Of a stretch of 64,000 bases of DNA, positions 42,718-56,772 are shown one piece after another. The stretch's first letter is position 1; every line of letters starts with the position of its first letter. The notes below the pieces were generated by a model that worked only from the letters and a program-made list of their open reading frames with translations, was not told the DNA's origin and did no database searches. The position numbers and the translations under genes were made by a program. Source of the DNA: Chloroflexota bacterium (lineage in GTDB: Bacteria > Chloroflexota > Limnocylindria > Limnocylindrales > CSP1-4); the NCBI GenBank assembly GCA_026004015.1, contig BPIH01000002.1:77418-141417 (forward strand), given 5' to 3'.

Positions 42718-44336
42718 TCAGCGAGCGGGTCGGCTCGACTCCCTCTCCGACGACGGGCGTCCGCCGAGGGCCGCCAGGAGGAGCCGCCCGATCCGGTAGC
42801 TCCGCCCGCCGCCCATGACGAGGACGACGTCTCCCGGCCGGACCCGCTCCGCCAGCCAGGCCGCCGTCGCCTCGACCGAGCCCGGCGCCCCGACGGTGCG
42901 GGCCGGGGCGACGGCCGCCACTCGCGCCGCCAGGCCGGCGGCCGAGGCGATGGTCCGGTCGGGGTCACGCCCGGGCCAGATGTCGGCCACGGCCACGGCG
43001 TCGGCTTCGGCCAGGACGGCGGCGAAGGCGTCGAGCATGGCCGCCGTCCGGTGGTACGTGAGGGGCTCGTAGACGGCCCAGACCGGCCGGCCCGGTTCGA
43101 GCTGGCGGACGGCGGCGAGGGTCGCCCGGATCGCCGTCGGGTGGTGGGCGTAGTCGTCGTAGACGGTGACGCCGGCGGCCTCGCCGAGCCGCTCGAGGCG
43201 GCGGCCGACGCCCTCGAAGGTCTCGAGGCTGGCCGCCGTGGATGCCCACGGCAGGCCGAGGACGGCACCGGCGGCGGCGACGAGGAGGCCGTTGGCGGCG
43301 TTGTGGCGGCCGACGAGACCGACCCGGAGCCGACGGGCCGGCCCGGGCTCGCCTGAGCCCCGACGCCGCCGACGAGGAGCTCCGTCCCGGCCGCCGAGGC
43401 CGACGTGACGACCCCAATGACCGCCGTCGCGGCGCCGAGGGCGGTCCCGTACCGGGCTGCGAGGGCCCGTTGCCGCGCGGCGAGGCCGGCCGCTTCGGCG
43501 GCGACCCCCGGTCCCCCGAGCTCGACGACGACGAGCCGGCCGGACCAGTCCCCGGAGCCGATCGGCGAGCTCGGCACCGCCCGGGTCGGCCACGTCGACG
43601 ACGGCCGTCGCCTGCCTCCCCTCCCCTGCCCGCCGGAGCCAGGCCTCGATGGCCTCGACGGCGGCGGTCCGGTCGGCGAAGACGTCGGGGTGGTCCCACT
43701 CGACGTTGGTGACGACGGCGACGTCGGGCAGGAAGGGATCGAAGTTACCGGCGTACTCGTCGGCCTCGACGACGGCGACCGGGCCGCGTCCCGTCCGCGC
43801 CGTGCTCGGGGGACCACCGAGGAGCCGCGCCGGGAGGAGGGCGCCGACGAAGGCGAGGGGATCGAGGGCAGCCCGAACGAGGAGATCGACGAGCCAGCCG
43901 GCGGTCGTGCTCTTGCCGTGGGTTCCGGTCACGGCGACGAGGGTCCGGCCGACGGCGGCGTCGGCGACGACCTGCTGCCACGGCTCGAGGGGGATCCCGC
44001 GGCCCGGGCGGCGGCGAGCTCGGGATGATCGGGCTCGACCGAGGTGAGGGCCTTCGTCACCGCGAGCCGAGTCGGGCGTGGGGCGGCGGTCACGTGGGCC
44101 GCGTCGTGGCCGACGGCGAGGGGGATGCCGACCGAGGCGAAGGGCTCGGTGTAGGGCGAAGCACCGCCGCGGTCGCAGCCCGTCACCTGCGCCCCGGCGG
44201 CGGCGGCGAGGAGGGCGGCGGCGCTCGCCCCGGCCCCCGCCGCGCCGACGACGTGGATGCATTCGCCCGGCTCGATGGGGCGCGGCCGGCGGGCCGGCGC
44301 CAGGCCGGCGGAGATGTCGGCGGGCGAGCGGAGCAT
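42718..44336 (-). CDS. murC: UDP-N-acetylmuramate--L-alanine ligase MurC (apparent frameshifts)
   Basis: Mur ligase motifs ([46 protein letters not shown]). Confidence 0.78.
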
Positions 44337-44349
44337 GCGGACGGAGGCG

Positions 44350-44905
44350 TCAGCCGCCGGTCGAGCCCGTGGCTCCGGCGCCTCCGGCGTCCCGGCCGGC
44401 AGCCGCGCGAGCGGCGGCGAGGGTCTCGGCCCGTTCGAGGAGCAGCTCGAGGGCGAGCTCCGCCGACGCCCGCTTGTTCTCGTGCCGGTTCCCCGTCCAG
44501 ACGACCCGCCGGACGACGGCCTCGCGTCCGTCGGCGACGGCGACGTACGTCAGCCCGACGGGCTTGGCCGGCGTCCCGCCCTCGGGACCGGCGATCCCGG
44601 TCACGGCGCAGGCGAGGTCGACCCCGAAGCGGCTCCGGAGTCCCGACCGCCATCGCCCGGGCGACCTGGGCGCTCACCGCGCCGTGGGCCTCGATGAGGG
44701 CCGGGTCGACCCCGCAGAGGGCGACCTTCGCCTCGTTGGCGTAGGCGACGACGCCGCCCCGGAAGTAGCCGGACGAACCCGGCACCTCGGTCAGGAGGTG
44801 GGCGACGAGGCCGCCGGTGGAGGATTCGGCCGTCGCGATCCGGAGACCGGCGGCGAGGCAGACGGCCTGGAGGGCGGCGGCTCGGGCGACGAGGGGGTCG
44901 TCCAT
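44350..44905 (-). CDS. CinA C-terminal domain protein / nicotinamide-nucleotide amidohydrolase PncC-like (apparent frameshift)
   Basis: [37 protein letters not shown] plus the C-terminal [10 protein letters not shown]...GLTYVAV. Confidence 0.72.
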
Positions 44906-44914
44906 CCGACGCCG

Positions 44915-46330
44915 TCAGCGGCGGTCCGTGCGGACCGGCGGGTTCGGCGGCTCGAAGCGCCAGGTCTCGGGCACGCCGACCCGGCCGAGCCGACCGAGGG
45001 AGACACCGTTCAGGGTGAAGTACGTCACCCCCGACGAGCCGGTCCGAACCTCGACCGAGCGCTGACCGGTGAAGGTGAGGGTCTTCCCGTCCCGGTAGAC
45101 GGTACCGGCCGCACCGACGGTCGGATCGACCCTGTCGTCGACCCAGACCTTCAGCCAGGCCCGCCCGCCCTTGATCTGGACGACGAGGGTGACCCCCCGG
45201 TAGCTCACCTCGACCGTTCGGCGGAGGGTGACCGTCCGGTTCTCGGCCGAGGCGGCGGTGATGGTGATCGTCCAGCGTCCGGTCGTCAGATCGAGGGGGA
45301 CGCTGAAGGTGCCGTCGTCGGCCGGCTCCGTCGTCTGGGGCTCGGGGGCCGGTGGGGGCGACGGGCTCGGGCCGCCCGAGGGCTGCGGTTCGCCGCTCGC
45401 CGGTCCGGCATAGGCCGCCTCGACGGTCACCTTCACGGCGTTCGTCGTCCGTCCCTCGACCGGGACGGCGCCGTTCTCGTACGTCGCGCCGTCGGCCGGC
45501 GAGTCGACGGTCAGGGTCGGTGCCGCGACGACCGGGAAGGGAACGTTGATGAGGACCTGGACCGGCGCCTCGGCGACCTTGCCGGTCTCGGGATCCTTGG
45601 CCGTGACGACGAACTCGTTCCGGCCGCGTCGGAGCTCGACGACGACGCTCCAGGTCCCGTCGGGTCCGGCGGTCACCCGATACGGTTGGTCGCGGCCGGG
45701 TGCCTGAACCTCGACGGTGACACCGGGCTCGGAGAGGCCGCGGAGGGTGTACTCGGCCGTTCCCTCCTCGACCTCGACCACGGCCACCGGTGGCTCGGTG
45801 ACCGTCACCGTCGGCGGCTTGGCGAACCGGACGAGCTGGAGGCCGAGGTAGCCGACGAAGGCGACGACGGCGATGGTGAGGAGAGCCGCCACGACGACGC
45901 CCGGGGTGAAGGTGAGGCCCTGGCGGGGTGCCTCGAGGGGCCGCGGGACGGCCAGGGGCGGGGTGGCCAGGGCGGCCTCGCCCCGCTCGCGCCGCCACTG
46001 GCGGAGGACGTCGTCGGGGTCGAGGCCGAGGTAGAGGGCGTAGTTCCGGAGGAAGCCCTTCGTGTAGACGGCCCCGGGGAGCTCGCGGTCGTCGCCGCGT
46101 TCGAGGGCCGCCAGGTAGCGGGCCCGGATCTTCGTGTCCCGCTCGGCCCGATAGAGATCGACCCCCTTCCGCTCGCGGGCCGCCACGAGGCGTTCGCCGA
46201 GGGTCGGCTCGGATCGCGCCTCGCCCCGCGGCTCCGTTCGATCCTCACCCCGGGTTGCCGCCCGCGCGCCGGCACCCTCGGCCCAGCCCCGGTCGCGGCC
46301 GAAGGGTCCGTCGGGCGCCGCCCGACCGCG
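44915..46330 (-). CDS. RodZ-like protein: Xre-type HTH, TM helix, Pro-rich linker and a C-terminal DUF4115-like beta domain (5' end uncertain)
   Basis: HTH LGERLVAARERKGVDLYRAERDTKIRARYLAALERGD, a TM helix VVVAALLTIAVVAFVGYL and a beta-rich C-terminus. Confidence 0.65.
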   Translation of the reverse strand, partial: RGRAAPDGPFGRDRGWAEGAGARAATRGEDRTEPRGEARSEPTLGERLVAARERKGVDLYRAERDTKIRARYLAALERGDDRELPGAVYTKGFLRNYALYLGLDPDDVLRQWRRERGEAALATPPLAVPRPLEAPRQGLTFTPGVVVAALLTIAVVAFVGYLGLQLVRFAKPPTVTVTEPPVAVVEVEEGTAEYTLRGLSEPGVTVEVQAPGRDQPYRVTAGPDGTWSVVVELRRGRNEFVVTAKDPETGKVAEAPVQVLINVPFPVVAAPTLTVDSPADGATYENGAVPVEGRTTNAVKVTVEAAYAGPASGEPQPSGGPSPSPPPAPEPQTTEPADDGTFSVPLDLTTGRWTITITAASAENRTVTLRRTVEVSYRGVTLVVQIKGGRAWLKVWVDDRVDPTVGAAGTVYRDGKTLTFTGQRSVEVRTGSSGVTYFTLNGVSLGRLGRVGVPETWRFEPPNPPVRTDRR

Positions 46331-46421
46331 CCCGCTCCCGGCGTGCCCCGGGCGGGGGCGGCGGGCGCCGCGAGATCGTCGTCGGCGGGCGGTCGCTGAG
46401 GTCGGGCCTGGTCGCGTGTCC

Positions 46422-48902
46422 TCATCCGTCGAGATCGTCCTCGTCGTCGACGGCCGTCCGTCGCGGCGCCGGCTCGTCGCGACGGAGGACCTGCCGGGCG
46501 TTCGAACCGTCGAAGGGACCGACGTACCCCCGCGCCTCGAGCTGGTCGATGATCCGTGCCGCCCGGGCGTAGCCGATCCGGAGGCGCCGCTGGAGGAGCG
46601 ACGCCGAGGCACGATCGTACTCCCGGATGACGGCGATCGCATCGGGGAGGAGGCGGTCGGCCTCGCCGTCGATCGGCTCTTCCGTCTCCTCCTCCTCGTC
46701 TTCGCCGGCGATGATCGCCAGATCGTAGCGATGCGGCCACGACCGCCAGTACTCGGTGATGTTCCTGATCTCCCGGTCCGAGACGAAGACGCCCTGGAGG
46801 CGGATCGGGCGGGGCATGTCGGCCGGCTGGAAGAGCATGTCGCCCCGACCGATGAGGTCCTCGGCCCCCGGAGCGTCGAGGATCGTCCGGGAGTCGATCT
46901 GGGAAGCCATGGCGAAGGCGATTCGGGACGGGAAGTTCGCCTTGATGAGGCCGGTCACGACGTTCACCGACGGGCGCTGGGTGGCGAGGACGAGATGGAT
47001 CCCCGTGGCCCGGGCCTTCTGGGCGAGGCGGACGATGGGATCCTCGATGTTCTTCCCCTCCCGCATCATGAGGTCGGCCAGCTCGTCGACGATGATGACG
47101 ATGTACGGCAAGCGGTCGGCCGGGTCGACCCGGGACTCGTTGAAGGCGCTGATGTTCCGAGCCCCGGCCCCCGCGAAGCGCCGGTAGCGGTGCTCCATCT
47201 CGCCGACCGCCCAGCGGAGGGCTGCCTTCGCCTTGTCGGGCTCGGTGATGACCGGGACGAGGAGGTGCGGTAGCTCGTTGTAGGCGGCGAGCTCGACCCG
47301 CTTGAGGTCGACGAGGATGAAGCGGACCTCGTCCGGGGTCGCGTGCATGAGGAGGCTGCTGATGAGGGCGTTCACCATGACGCTCTTGCCCGAGCCGGTC
47401 GCCCCGGCGATGAGGAGGTGCGGCATCTTGGCCAGGTCGGCCGCCCGGGCGTGGCCGGCCACGTCGCGGCCGAGGGCGAAGGTGAGCTTCGGGGCGTGGG
47501 CGATGTCGACCTCTTCCAGGACCCGGCGGAGGGCGACGATGTTGAAGTCGCTGTTCGGGATCTCGATCCCGACGACGCTCTTGCCGGGGATCGGCGCCTC
47601 GATCCGGATCGTCCGAGCAGCGAGGGCCATGGCCAGGTCGTCGGCGAGGGACTCGATCCGGCTCACCTTCACCGAGGGGTCCGGCTCGACCTCGTACTGG
47701 GTGACGACGGGGCCGGCGTTCCAGCGGACGACCCGGGCGGCGATGTTGAAGCTGGCGAGCTTCCGCTCGATGGTCGCCGCGTTCTGGTGGTGGTCCATGG
47801 CCGGCCCGCCGGCCCGGCTCGCGACGTCGTCGAGGAGAGTGAGCTCCGGTAGCCGATAGGGATCGGGGGCGACCTCGGCCGGCCCCTCGGTGGCGTCCGG
47901 CGGCGACGAAGCCTGGGCGGTGGACGCCGAGCCGACGGTCGCCGTCGCTGCTGCCGCCTCCTCGGCGGGGCGCTCCTCGACGGGAGCCGCGGGTCTGGGG
48001 CCGATGAGGGTCCCCGAGGCGGCCACGAGGCCCGGACCCGGCAGTGGTTCGGCGGACGGGCCGGTCCCGCGCCCGGCCGGCGAGCCGCCGAGCTCGCCCT
48101 CGTCCTCGCTGCCCCAGAGGCCCCGCTGACCCGGGCTCGTCGGTCGTCCGAAGAGCGCCCGGGCCCGGCCGCCGATCCGGTCCCGGAGGGATCCGAGGTC
48201 GCCCCGGGCCGACTCGCGGCTGCCCGGGGATCGGGTCGGGCTCCGTCCCTCGGCCTCCGGCCGGCGAGCCGGGGCGGGGCTGCTCGGGGTCGGCGGGCTG
48301 GCCAGGGCGGCCCCCACGGCGCGGGCGGCACGCCCGACGGGAGCGACGAGGGTTCGGAGACTCGTGTCGAGCATGACGAGGAGGCCGGCGACGAGGCCGG
48401 CGCTGAGGACGACGAAGGCCCCGGCGCGGCCGAAGAGGGGGCCGAAGAGGGCGACGAGGCCGGCCCCGATCCGGCCGCCGGTCAGGACCTCGCCACCCCG
48501 GAAGGGGTTCGGCGGGGCGAGGAGCTCGAGGAGGCCGAGGCCGGCGGCGAAGGCGAGGCCGGCTCCCAGGAGGGTGACCCGCCAGCCGCCGCCCGTCCCG
48601 CGGGCCCGCTCGACGTAGACCCCCGCGGCGAGGAGGGCGAAGGGCAGGGCCCACCGGCCCGTGCCGAACCAGGGGGCGAAGACGTTGCGCCACCAGGTCG
48701 TCAGGGTCCCCTCCCCCGGCAGGGCGAGGGCGATGAGGGTCACCGCCCCGAAGGAGAGGAGGGTGACGCCGACGAGGGAGCGGACGACCTCGGGACTGAG
48801 CGACCAGCCGCCGCCGAGGGACGGCAGGCCGAGGCCGCGGCGCCGCCTGCTCGGGGCGCGCCGCGTCGACGATCGCGTCGTCGTCCGCCGTCGGGTCGCC
48901 AT
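46422..48902 (-). CDS. ftsK: DNA translocase FtsK/SpoIIIE
   Basis: Intact 826 aa with N-terminal TM helices, a Pro-rich linker, the motor domain (LLIAGATGSGKSV, IVIIVDELADL) and the gamma winged helix. Confidence 0.92.
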   Translation of the reverse strand: MATRRRTTTRSSTRRAPSRRRRGLGLPSLGGGWSLSPEVVRSLVGVTLLSFGAVTLIALALPGEGTLTTWWRNVFAPWFGTGRWALPFALLAAGVYVERARGTGGGWRVTLLGAGLAFAAGLGLLELLAPPNPFRGGEVLTGGRIGAGLVALFGPLFGRAGAFVVLSAGLVAGLLVMLDTSLRTLVAPVGRAARAVGAALASPPTPSSPAPARRPEAEGRSPTRSPGSRESARGDLGSLRDRIGGRARALFGRPTSPGQRGLWGSEDEGELGGSPAGRGTGPSAEPLPGPGLVAASGTLIGPRPAAPVEERPAEEAAAATATVGSASTAQASSPPDATEGPAEVAPDPYRLPELTLLDDVASRAGGPAMDHHQNAATIERKLASFNIAARVVRWNAGPVVTQYEVEPDPSVKVSRIESLADDLAMALAARTIRIEAPIPGKSVVGIEIPNSDFNIVALRRVLEEVDIAHAPKLTFALGRDVAGHARAADLAKMPHLLIAGATGSGKSVMVNALISSLLMHATPDEVRFILVDLKRVELAAYNELPHLLVPVITEPDKAKAALRWAVGEMEHRYRRFAGAGARNISAFNESRVDPADRLPYIVIIVDELADLMMREGKNIEDPIVRLAQKARATGIHLVLATQRPSVNVVTGLIKANFPSRIAFAMASQIDSRTILDAPGAEDLIGRGDMLFQPADMPRPIRLQGVFVSDREIRNITEYWRSWPHRYDLAIIAGEDEEEETEEPIDGEADRLLPDAIAVIREYDRASASLLQRRLRIGYARAARIIDQLEARGYVGPFDGSNARQVLRRDEPAPRRTAVDDEDDLDG

Positions 48903-48914
48903 GGGCGGGCGCCC

Positions 48915-50582
48915 CTAGACCTCGACGACGACCGGCAGGACCATCGGCCGTCGCTTCGTCTGCTCGTAGAGGAAGCGCGACACGCTCTCCTTGATCTGCG
49001 ACTTCAGGAGGGCGATCTCGCTGATGTGGTCGCCGGGGTTCTCGATGGCGGCCACGACCCGCTCGGCCGCCTCGGTGATGAGCGGATCCCGCTCGTTCAA
49101 GGGGACGAAGCCGCGGGTCACGATCTCGGGCCGGCTGACGAGGTTACCGGTCTGCTTGTCGACGGTGACGACGACGATGAACATCCCGTCGGCGGCGAGG
49201 GCGCGCCGATCGCGAAGGACGACCTCGCCGACGTCGCCGACGGAGAGGCCGTCGACGAAGACGTACCCGGCCGGAACCGGCGTCCCCCGGCGAGCGCGTC
49301 CGTCGGGGTAGATCTCGATGGGTTGTCCGTTCTCGATGATGAAGACGTTCTCCGGTCGGACGCCCATCTCGACGGCGAGGCGACCGTGCTGGACCATCAT
49401 CCGGAACTCGCCGTGGATCGGGATGAAGTAGCGCGGCCGCGTCAGGCCGAGCATGAGCTTCAGCTCCTCCTGGCTGGCGTGGCCGGAGACGTGGGCGCGT
49501 TTGATGGTGTGGTAGTAGACGTTCGCTCCGGCCTTGAAGAGGTTGTCGATGGTCCGGGCGACGTACTCCTCGTTGCCGGGGATGGGGCTGGCCGAGACGA
49601 TGACCGTGTCGCCCGGCTCGATCTCGACGAAGCGGTGGTCCCGGTTCGCCATCCGGGCGAGGCCCGACATCGGCTCGCCCTGAGCGCCCGTCGTGGCGAT
49701 GACGAGGCGACCGGGCGGGGTCTGGCTGATCTGGTCCTTGGCGACGACCCCCGACGAGGGGTAGCGGAGGTAGCCGAGGTCGACGGCGATGCGGACGTTC
49801 TGCTCCATCGACCGGCCGACGACGGCGACCTTCCGACCGAAGGCTTCGGCGGCGTCGAAGACCTGCTGGATGCGGGCGATGTTGCTGGCGAAGGTGGCGA
49901 CGATGACCCGGCCCTCGAGGGGCTCGATGATCTCCCGGAAGGCTTCGCCGACGGTCCGCTCCGAGGGGGTGTAGCCGGGGTTCTCGGCCCGGGTCGAGTC
50001 GGAGAGGAGGCAGATGACGCCCTCCTGCCCGAGGCGGGCGAGGGTCGCGAAGTCCGACGGCTTCCCATCGACGGGGGTGTGGTCGAACTTGAAGTCGCCG
50101 GTGTGGACGACGGTCCCGACGGGGGTCCGGAGGGCGATCCCCATGGCGTCGGGGATCGAGTGGCCGATCCGGAACGGGATGGCCCGGAAGGGCCCGATCT
50201 CGAGTTCGTCGCCCGGCTCGAGGGCGACGAGGGGATGGTCGGTGAGGCGGTGCTCCTTGAACTTCGCTCCGAGGAGCCCGCGGGCGAGGGTCGAGGCGTA
50301 GACGGGGACGCCCGGAAAGTTCGGGAGGACGTACGGGAGCCCACCGACGTGGTCTTCGTGGGCGTGGGTGATGAGGAAGGCCCGGACCTGGTCTCGGCGC
50401 TCTCGGAGGTAGGTGACGTCGGGCACGACGAGGTCGATCCCGAACATCTCCTCGTCGGGGAACATGAGGCCGCAGTCGATGACGACGATGTCGTCGCCGT
50501 ACTCGAAGACGTACATGTTCTTGCCGATCTCCCCCACCCCACCGAGGGGGATGATCCGGAGCGGTCGGTTCGGGTCAGCCAT
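48915..50582 (-). CDS. rnj: Ribonuclease J
   Basis: Intact 555 aa with metallo-beta-lactamase (HAHEDHVGG), beta-CASP and C-terminal domains. Confidence 0.93.
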   Translation of the reverse strand: MADPNRPLRIIPLGGVGEIGKNMYVFEYGDDIVVIDCGLMFPDEEMFGIDLVVPDVTYLRERRDQVRAFLITHAHEDHVGGLPYVLPNFPGVPVYASTLARGLLGAKFKEHRLTDHPLVALEPGDELEIGPFRAIPFRIGHSIPDAMGIALRTPVGTVVHTGDFKFDHTPVDGKPSDFATLARLGQEGVICLLSDSTRAENPGYTPSERTVGEAFREIIEPLEGRVIVATFASNIARIQQVFDAAEAFGRKVAVVGRSMEQNVRIAVDLGYLRYPSSGVVAKDQISQTPPGRLVIATTGAQGEPMSGLARMANRDHRFVEIEPGDTVIVSASPIPGNEEYVARTIDNLFKAGANVYYHTIKRAHVSGHASQEELKLMLGLTRPRYFIPIHGEFRMMVQHGRLAVEMGVRPENVFIIENGQPIEIYPDGRARRGTPVPAGYVFVDGLSVGDVGEVVLRDRRALAADGMFIVVVTVDKQTGNLVSRPEIVTRGFVPLNERDPLITEAAERVVAAIENPGDHISEIALLKSQIKESVSRFLYEQTKRRPMVLPVVVEV

Positions 50583-50594
50583 CGTGGACGGGCC

Positions 50595-51488
50595 TCATGG
50601 TGCGGAAAAGAGGGTGAGCTGGTTGCGATCGATCTCGGTCGGCGGCTCGGTGGCCGGCGAGGGCGCGTCGGCGACGGGCGAGGGCGCCGCCATGGCCGGC
50701 GAGGGTGCCTCCACTGCCGGCGGGTCGGTTCGGCCCGTCGCCTCGGCGGGTCCGTCCGCCTCCGCCTCCCCGTCGGATGCGGCCGCTGCCTCGGCCGGCC
50801 CGGTCGGGCCCTCGGCCGTCCCGGCGGGGACCGTCGGAGCCGCATCCGCCGGGGCCTCGTTCGCCGTCGCCCCGGTCGCCGTCGCCGCGGCCAGGCGTCG
50901 ACGCCGTGCCTCGAGAAGGGCTGCCGGCACCCGGAGGACGTCGGCCTCGAGGACGGGTCGCAGGGCGCCCTGGTGGAGGGCGGCGGCAGGGTGGTACATG
51001 GCGAAGACGAGGGCGTCCCGGGCGCCCGTCTCGGGCGGTGCCGGTCGGACGGTCCCGTGAGCGGAGCCGATCTTCGCCCCGGGCATGAAGCGGGCCATCG
51101 AGTGGCGACCGAGGGTGACGACGAGGGCCGGGTCGAGGATCTCGACCTGGCGGCGGAGGAAGGGAGCGCAGGCGGCGATCTCGTCGGGCTCGGGATCGCG
51201 GTTGCCCGGAGGGCGGCACTTCACGACGTTCGTGATGTAGACCTCCTCTCGCCGCCAGCCGATGGTCGCCAGGAGCTCGTCGAGGAGGGCGCCGGCGGGG
51301 CCGACGAAGGGTCGACCCTGCCGATCTTCGTTCAGCCCGGGCCCCTCGCCGACGAAGAGGACCTCCGTCGAGGGGTGCCCCTCGCCGGGGACGGCCTGCG
51401 TTCGCTGTTCGTGGAGGCGGCAGCGGCGGCAGGCCCGGATCTCGGCTGCCACCTGCTCGAGCGCCGCGCGGCGCTCGGCTTCGGTCAC
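50595..51488 (-). CDS. Uracil-DNA glycosylase family 4 (Fe-S cluster type) with an Ala/Pro-rich C-terminal tail
   Basis: CRRCRL Fe-S motif, GEGPG, and an HPAA motif near the C-terminus (AMYHPAAALH). Confidence 0.85.
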   Translation of the reverse strand: MTEAERRAALEQVAAEIRACRRCRLHEQRTQAVPGEGHPSTEVLFVGEGPGLNEDRQGRPFVGPAGALLDELLATIGWRREEVYITNVVKCRPPGNRDPEPDEIAACAPFLRRQVEILDPALVVTLGRHSMARFMPGAKIGSAHGTVRPAPPETGARDALVFAMYHPAAALHQGALRPVLEADVLRVPAALLEARRRRLAAATATGATANEAPADAAPTVPAGTAEGPTGPAEAAAASDGEAEADGPAEATGRTDPPAVEAPSPAMAAPSPVADAPSPATEPPTEIDRNQLTLFSAP

Positions 51489-52564
51489 GTCCGGCTCCCG
51501 GTCACCGCTTCCGTCTCGGCGGCCCGGGCGCTCGCCCGGCGGACCCAGCCCCGTTCGACGAGGATCTCGGCCAGCTCGACGGCGTTCGTCGCGGCGCCCT
51601 TTCGCAGGTTGTCGGCGACGACCCAGAAGGCGAGGCCGCGGCCGTCGGGGACCGACGGGTCGCGGCGAACGCGGCCGACGAAGATCTCGTCCCGTCCGGC
51701 GGCGAGGGTCGCGATCGGGTAGCGGTGGGCGCCCGGATCGTCGACGACGACGACCCCCGGCACGGCCGCGAAGCGCTCCCGCGCCTCCTCGGGGCTGATC
51801 GGTCGACGGGTCTCGACGTGGACGGCCTCGGAGTGGCCGACGAGGACGGGGACCCGGACGGCCGTGCAGGAGACCCGGAGGTCCGGCAGGTGGAGGATCT
51901 TCCGACTCTCCTCGATGACCTTCCGCTCCTCCTTCGTGTACCCGTCGTCGAGGAAGACGTCGATCTCGGGCAGGGCGTTGAAGGCGATCGGGTGCGGGTA
52001 GACCCGGGCCTCCTTCGGCGCCCCGGCGACGTGGGCCCGGATCTGCGCCTCGAGCTCGGCGATGGCCTCGGCACCGGTTCCCGACACCGACTGGTACGTG
52101 TCGACGACGACCCGCTCGAGACCGACGCTGTCGCGGAGGGCCATGAGGACGGGCACGAGCTGCATCGTCGAGCAGTTCGGGTTGGCGACGATCCCCTCGT
52201 GCCAGGCGAGGTCGTCGGGATTGACCTGGGAAACGACGAGCGGGACCCCGGGGTCCATCCGCCAGGCGGCGGAGTTGTCGATGACCGTCGTGCCACCGGC
52301 CGCGGCCAGCGGCGCGAGCTGGCGGGAAACGTCGCTGCCGGCCGAGAAGAGGGCGATGTCCACCCCGGCCAGGGCCTCCGGGGTCGCCTCGGCGACCTCG
52401 AAGGAGCGGCCGTCGACCGAGACGACGGTACCCGCCGAGCGACCCGAGGCGAGGAGCCGGAGCTCCCGCATCGGGAACTCGCGCTCCATGAGGACGCGGA
52501 TCATCGTCTTGCCGACGACGCCGGTGGCACCGACGACGGCGACGGTCAGGGGTTCTGGATTCAC
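51485..52564 (-). CDS. asd: Aspartate-semialdehyde dehydrogenase
   Basis: Intact 359 aa with the NAD-binding VAVVGATGVVG and the active-site NPNCSTMQL. Confidence 0.92.
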   Translation of the reverse strand: MNPEPLTVAVVGATGVVGKTMIRVLMEREFPMRELRLLASGRSAGTVVSVDGRSFEVAEATPEALAGVDIALFSAGSDVSRQLAPLAAAGGTTVIDNSAAWRMDPGVPLVVSQVNPDDLAWHEGIVANPNCSTMQLVPVLMALRDSVGLERVVVDTYQSVSGTGAEAIAELEAQIRAHVAGAPKEARVYPHPIAFNALPEIDVFLDDGYTKEERKVIEESRKILHLPDLRVSCTAVRVPVLVGHSEAVHVETRRPISPEEARERFAAVPGVVVVDDPGAHRYPIATLAAGRDEIFVGRVRRDPSVPDGRGLAFWVVADNLRKGAATNAVELAEILVERGWVRRASARAAETEAVTGSRT

Positions 52565-52746
52565 CGTGGATTCGACTCCAGCGACAGGCTAACGCGGCCG
52601 GGCACCGGGGCCGAGTATAGCAGCGGCCCCTGGCCGTCCCGGTGAGGGCGGGCGGGCCTCCAGTCCGTCGACGGCGGGCCGGAACCCGCGGTCAGTCGGT
52701 GCCGACGGGCGAGTGCCGACGGGCGGGTGCCTCCGACGACCCGGAC

Positions 52747-55333
<2,587 letters not shown>

Positions 55334-55452
55334 GGGTGTCCTTGTCCTCCGTCGTCGTGGAGGAGGAAACGGTCTCGAGGCTCTGGGCCCGGCCGCCTCG
55401 GCGGTCGGTACGAGAGGACCTCGGGCCGGTGCCCGAGGTCCCGGGAGCAGCG

Positions 55453-55722
55453 CTAGCGGCGCAGACCGAGCCGTGCGACGACGGCTCGGTAGCGGGCGCT
55501 GTCCTTCTTCACGAGATACGCGAGGAAGCGACGACGCTGGCCCACGAGCTTGAGGAGGCCGCGACGCGAGTGGTGATCCTTCGGGAAGCGCTTGAGGTGC
55601 TCGGTCAGGCCTCGGATCCGCTCGGTGAGGAGCGCGATCTGGACCTCCGCCGAACCGGTATCGCCGGCGGAGCGGGCGTACTCGGTGATGACCTGCTGCT
55701 TCTGTTCCCGCGTTAGCGGCAC
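55453..55722 (-). CDS. rpsO: 30S ribosomal protein S15
   Basis: GTG start with a GGAGGAC RBS. An 89-aa protein ([13 protein letters not shown]...HHSRRGLL). Confidence 0.9.
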   Translation of the reverse strand: MPLTREQKQQVITEYARSAGDTGSAEVQIALLTERIRGLTEHLKRFPKDHHSRRGLLKLVGQRRRFLAYLVKKDSARYRAVVARLGLRR

Positions 55723-55875
55723 ACGGTCCTCCGACACGAACTGCTGTGGTTGGGCAATCTTCATCTCTGCCGGGCGGAGGATAGCAGGTGTCGTCGGGAC
55801 GTGCAGCGGTGGGCGGGTCGGGTCGATCTGCCGCGGCCGGCCGCTGGGCAGCCACCCTCCGCGCGGCGGGCCCGG

Positions 55876-56748
55876 TCAGGGCACGGCCTCGGGCGAGCGC
55901 CCCTCGAAGACGACCCGAACCCGGTCGGCCTGGGCGAGGGCGCCGGAGCCCGCCCGGGCGGTCAGGCGAAGCCGCTCGCCGACCCGCTCCGCGACGGCGA
56001 CCCGGACGATCGGACTCCGATCCGGAGGCGGGTCGAGGGCCGGGGCCGGGCCCGTTCTTCCGTCGGCGAGACGCCAGGCCGAGCCGACCCGGACTCGATA
56101 CGTCTCGGCCGGCGGGAGGGCGACGGGGAGTTCGGGCACGACGAGCGCCGTCCCCTCGCGCGCCTCGAGCTCGAGTCGCCCGGTGACGGCGTAGCGGCGG
56201 CCGAGGAGACGCCGGGCCGCCTCGAGGTCGCCGGCCTCGATCCGCGACCGGATCTCCCCGCTCCGGACCTGCTGCCCGTCGACGACGAAGGCCGGCACGA
56301 CGAGGACCGTCCAGCCTGCCCCGGCCGCCAGACGCCGGAGGGCCTCGGGCGTGCCGCGGCGTTCGAAGCCGAAGGCGGCGTCGGGGGTCATGAGGAAGCC
56401 GGCGAGATCGACCCGCTCGGCGATCCGCTCGACGTAGACGTCGTACGGGGTCTCCCGAAGGCGACGGTCGAAGTGCTCGACGACGGTGACCTCGACCCCG
56501 AGCCGGGCGAGGCGGACGAGCCGCTCTTCGGGATCGCAGAGGAGCGGCGGAGCCTGGCCGCGGAGGATCTCGTCGGGGTGGTGGTCAAAGGTGATGACGG
56601 CGGGTCGAGCACCGAGGCGGGCGGCGGCCCGGCGGAGCCGACCGAGGAGGTAGCGGTGACCGCGATGGAGGCCGTCGAAGACGCCGACGGCGAACAGCAG
56701 CCGGCCGAGGTCGCCGCGCAGGGCGTCGGTTCCGGGAACGACGTCCAT
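55876..56748 (-). CDS. ribF: Bifunctional riboflavin kinase / FMN adenylyltransferase
   Basis: [13 protein letters not shown] in the FAD synthetase domain, plus a C-terminal riboflavin kinase domain. Confidence 0.88.
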   Translation of the reverse strand: MDVVPGTDALRGDLGRLLFAVGVFDGLHRGHRYLLGRLRRAAARLGARPAVITFDHHPDEILRGQAPPLLCDPEERLVRLARLGVEVTVVEHFDRRLRETPYDVYVERIAERVDLAGFLMTPDAAFGFERRGTPEALRRLAAGAGWTVLVVPAFVVDGQQVRSGEIRSRIEAGDLEAARRLLGRRYAVTGRLELEAREGTALVVPELPVALPPAETYRVRVGSAWRLADGRTGPAPALDPPPDRSPIVRVAVAERVGERLRLTARAGSGALAQADRVRVVFEGRSPEAVP

Positions 56749-56772
56749 CGAGGGGCAGAACGAGGTGCGCCG